Shown here in pieces: positions 35,520-37,055 of a stretch of 37,055 nt of DNA. Within the stretch, counting starts at the first letter, position 1; each line of letters opens with the position of its first letter. The stretch comes from Octopus bimaculoides (lineage: Eukaryota), in NCBI RefSeq assembly GCF_001194135.2, contig NC_068993.1, positions 32,388,810 to 32,425,864 on the forward strand. Direction: 5' to 3'. A model generated the notes under the pieces. It had not been told where the DNA came from. It was given only the letters and a program-made list of their open reading frames with translations, and did no database searches. The position numbers and the translations under genes were made by a program.

Positions 35520-35688
35520 TACATATGTACATATACATATCTATATATATATATCTACATATATACATATATATATATGCATATTCATATATTCATATAT
35601 ATATATATATATATATATATAGATATTTATACATACATATACACATACGCATACACATATACGTATACAAATATATATACACATACGT

Positions 35689-35725
<37 letters not shown>

Positions 35726-35727
35726 TA

Positions 35728-35767
<40 letters not shown>

Positions 35768-35791
35768 TATACATGAATATATACATAAATA

Positions 35792-35827
<36 letters not shown>

Positions 35828-35945
35828 TATGTGCCTATATTTATACACATATATATATCATGTGTGTATGTATTGCAGATATACGTGTGTGCATGCGTTA
35901 ATGCATGTGTGAGTGTGGGTGCGTATGCAGTTTTTATATATGTAC
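35520..35945. repeat. Low-complexity TA/CA/TG tract
   Basis: Read directly. Confidence 0.9.
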
Positions 35946-36180
35946 CATACGTGAGCCCCTCCATCGCTATCCTCCTCTCGCAACAACATTTTAAGTGCAA
36001 GTAGCTTATCTAGATATTTTACTGGCGTTCAGCATTTGACATGTTGCACATCAATGACCTCCATCACCTTAATGATCTGAATGACCTCCAAAGTCTAGTC
36101 AAGACTATAAATCAACGAGGATATACACAAAACAAGCTTCAGGTTTGATGTTATATATTTACCTATGTTTATAAAGATAC

Positions 36181-36232
<52 letters not shown>

Positions 36233-36733
36233 CATTCTGGGGCTTAAATAGGCGTATTTAAGGCACACAGTTTAGCCATCTCACTACAGTTGTTAATTTC
36301 AAACCATATCTGTCACCACAGATACATAAAATTGAAGATTGCATAGTTTAATGCATGAAAGTACTAGTTTAATCAGAATGGGCATTTAATATTCTGTCAT
36401 TTCATTATATTATTTTATATTATATTATATTATCATACTATTGTAAATAAACATGAAAATCAAAGTTGGAATTTCTTTGAGGAATATATTCTGCTATACA
36501 CAATCATACACACACATATATATATTTATGTGTGTGTGTGTGTGTACGTGAGTGTAAAATATATATATATATATATATGTATACATATATAGGAAGTATG
36601 GGGACTTTGTTCAAAGGTGATGTAAACGATCAAGTACACTAAATAAATGCTGTAACGGATTACTGGAGCTCCAAAGTTATAGCCGAGACGGTTGTTATGG
36701 AGCCATTACAGATTTCCGATGCAGCGGATATAT

Positions 36734-37046
36734 AATTGTTAAACAGGACGTTAAACATTAAGGTAAGGCAAACATCTCAAGTCATATACGATATTATTAC
36801 AGGAAGAAATTCAAAATCTTACAGCTCCTTATTCTCTTACTCCCTTCTTCTATGTTATCATCTTATTGATATATACCATTCTCATTTTACATATTTTCTC
36901 CCCAATTTGTCTCTGATGACGGAATATCTCATACTCGAGGATATCCCAGAAACAGCTGTAAGATTTTGAATTTTTTCCTGTAATAATATCGTATATGATT
37001 TGAGATGTTTGCCTTGCCTTAATGTTTGACGTCCTGTTTAACAATT
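36734..37046. repeat. 93-bp inverted repeat (36734-36826 / 36954-37046) with 127-bp spacer; probable Penelope-like pseudo-LTR with inverted copy
   Basis: Arms match at 89/93 positions by manual alignment; contains the hammerhead below. Confidence 0.9.
36904..36972 (+). ncRNA. Minimal type I hammerhead ribozyme (Penelope-type), possibly partly decayed
   Basis: Core CTGATGA (36913-19) and GAAA (36949-52). Helix II GGAATATC/GATATCCC. Palindromic helix III ACAGCTGT (36952-59). Cleavage triplet GTA (36958-60). Helix I AATTTGTCT pairs with AGAT(TTT)GAATT. Confidence 0.8.
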
Positions 37047-37055
37047 GTGTGTGTA

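Noticed and set aside
36243-36262. Small hairpin CTTAAATA-ggcg-TATTTAAG
   Set aside because: 8-bp AT-rich stem, expected by chance.

Overview
Repeat-saturated, AT-rich, non-coding eukaryotic DNA from a draft assembly with seven N-gaps. The SINE families and compound microsatellites resemble those I associate with cephalopod (Octopus) genomes; this is recognition from memory, not a database result. I find no host gene, rRNA, intact tRNA or CRISPR array. Almost all long ORFs in the track are translations of microsatellites or Ns. Real coding signal comes only from decayed transposons: several R4/Dong-type RLE LINE fragments, two Tx1/L1 pieces, two RTE LINEs, a small CR1-like scrap and two mariners (one full-length with both TIRs and TA TSD, one interrupted by a SINE with a 9-bp TSD). 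There is also a 332-bp hAT-type MITE with an 8-bp TSD, plus tRNA-derived SINEs. The most interesting structure is at the right end (36734-37046): a 93-bp inverted repeat overlapping a Penelope-type minimal type I hammerhead ribozyme. The inversion breakpoint lies in the ribozyme's palindromic helix III, and all four arm mismatches are G-U compatible.
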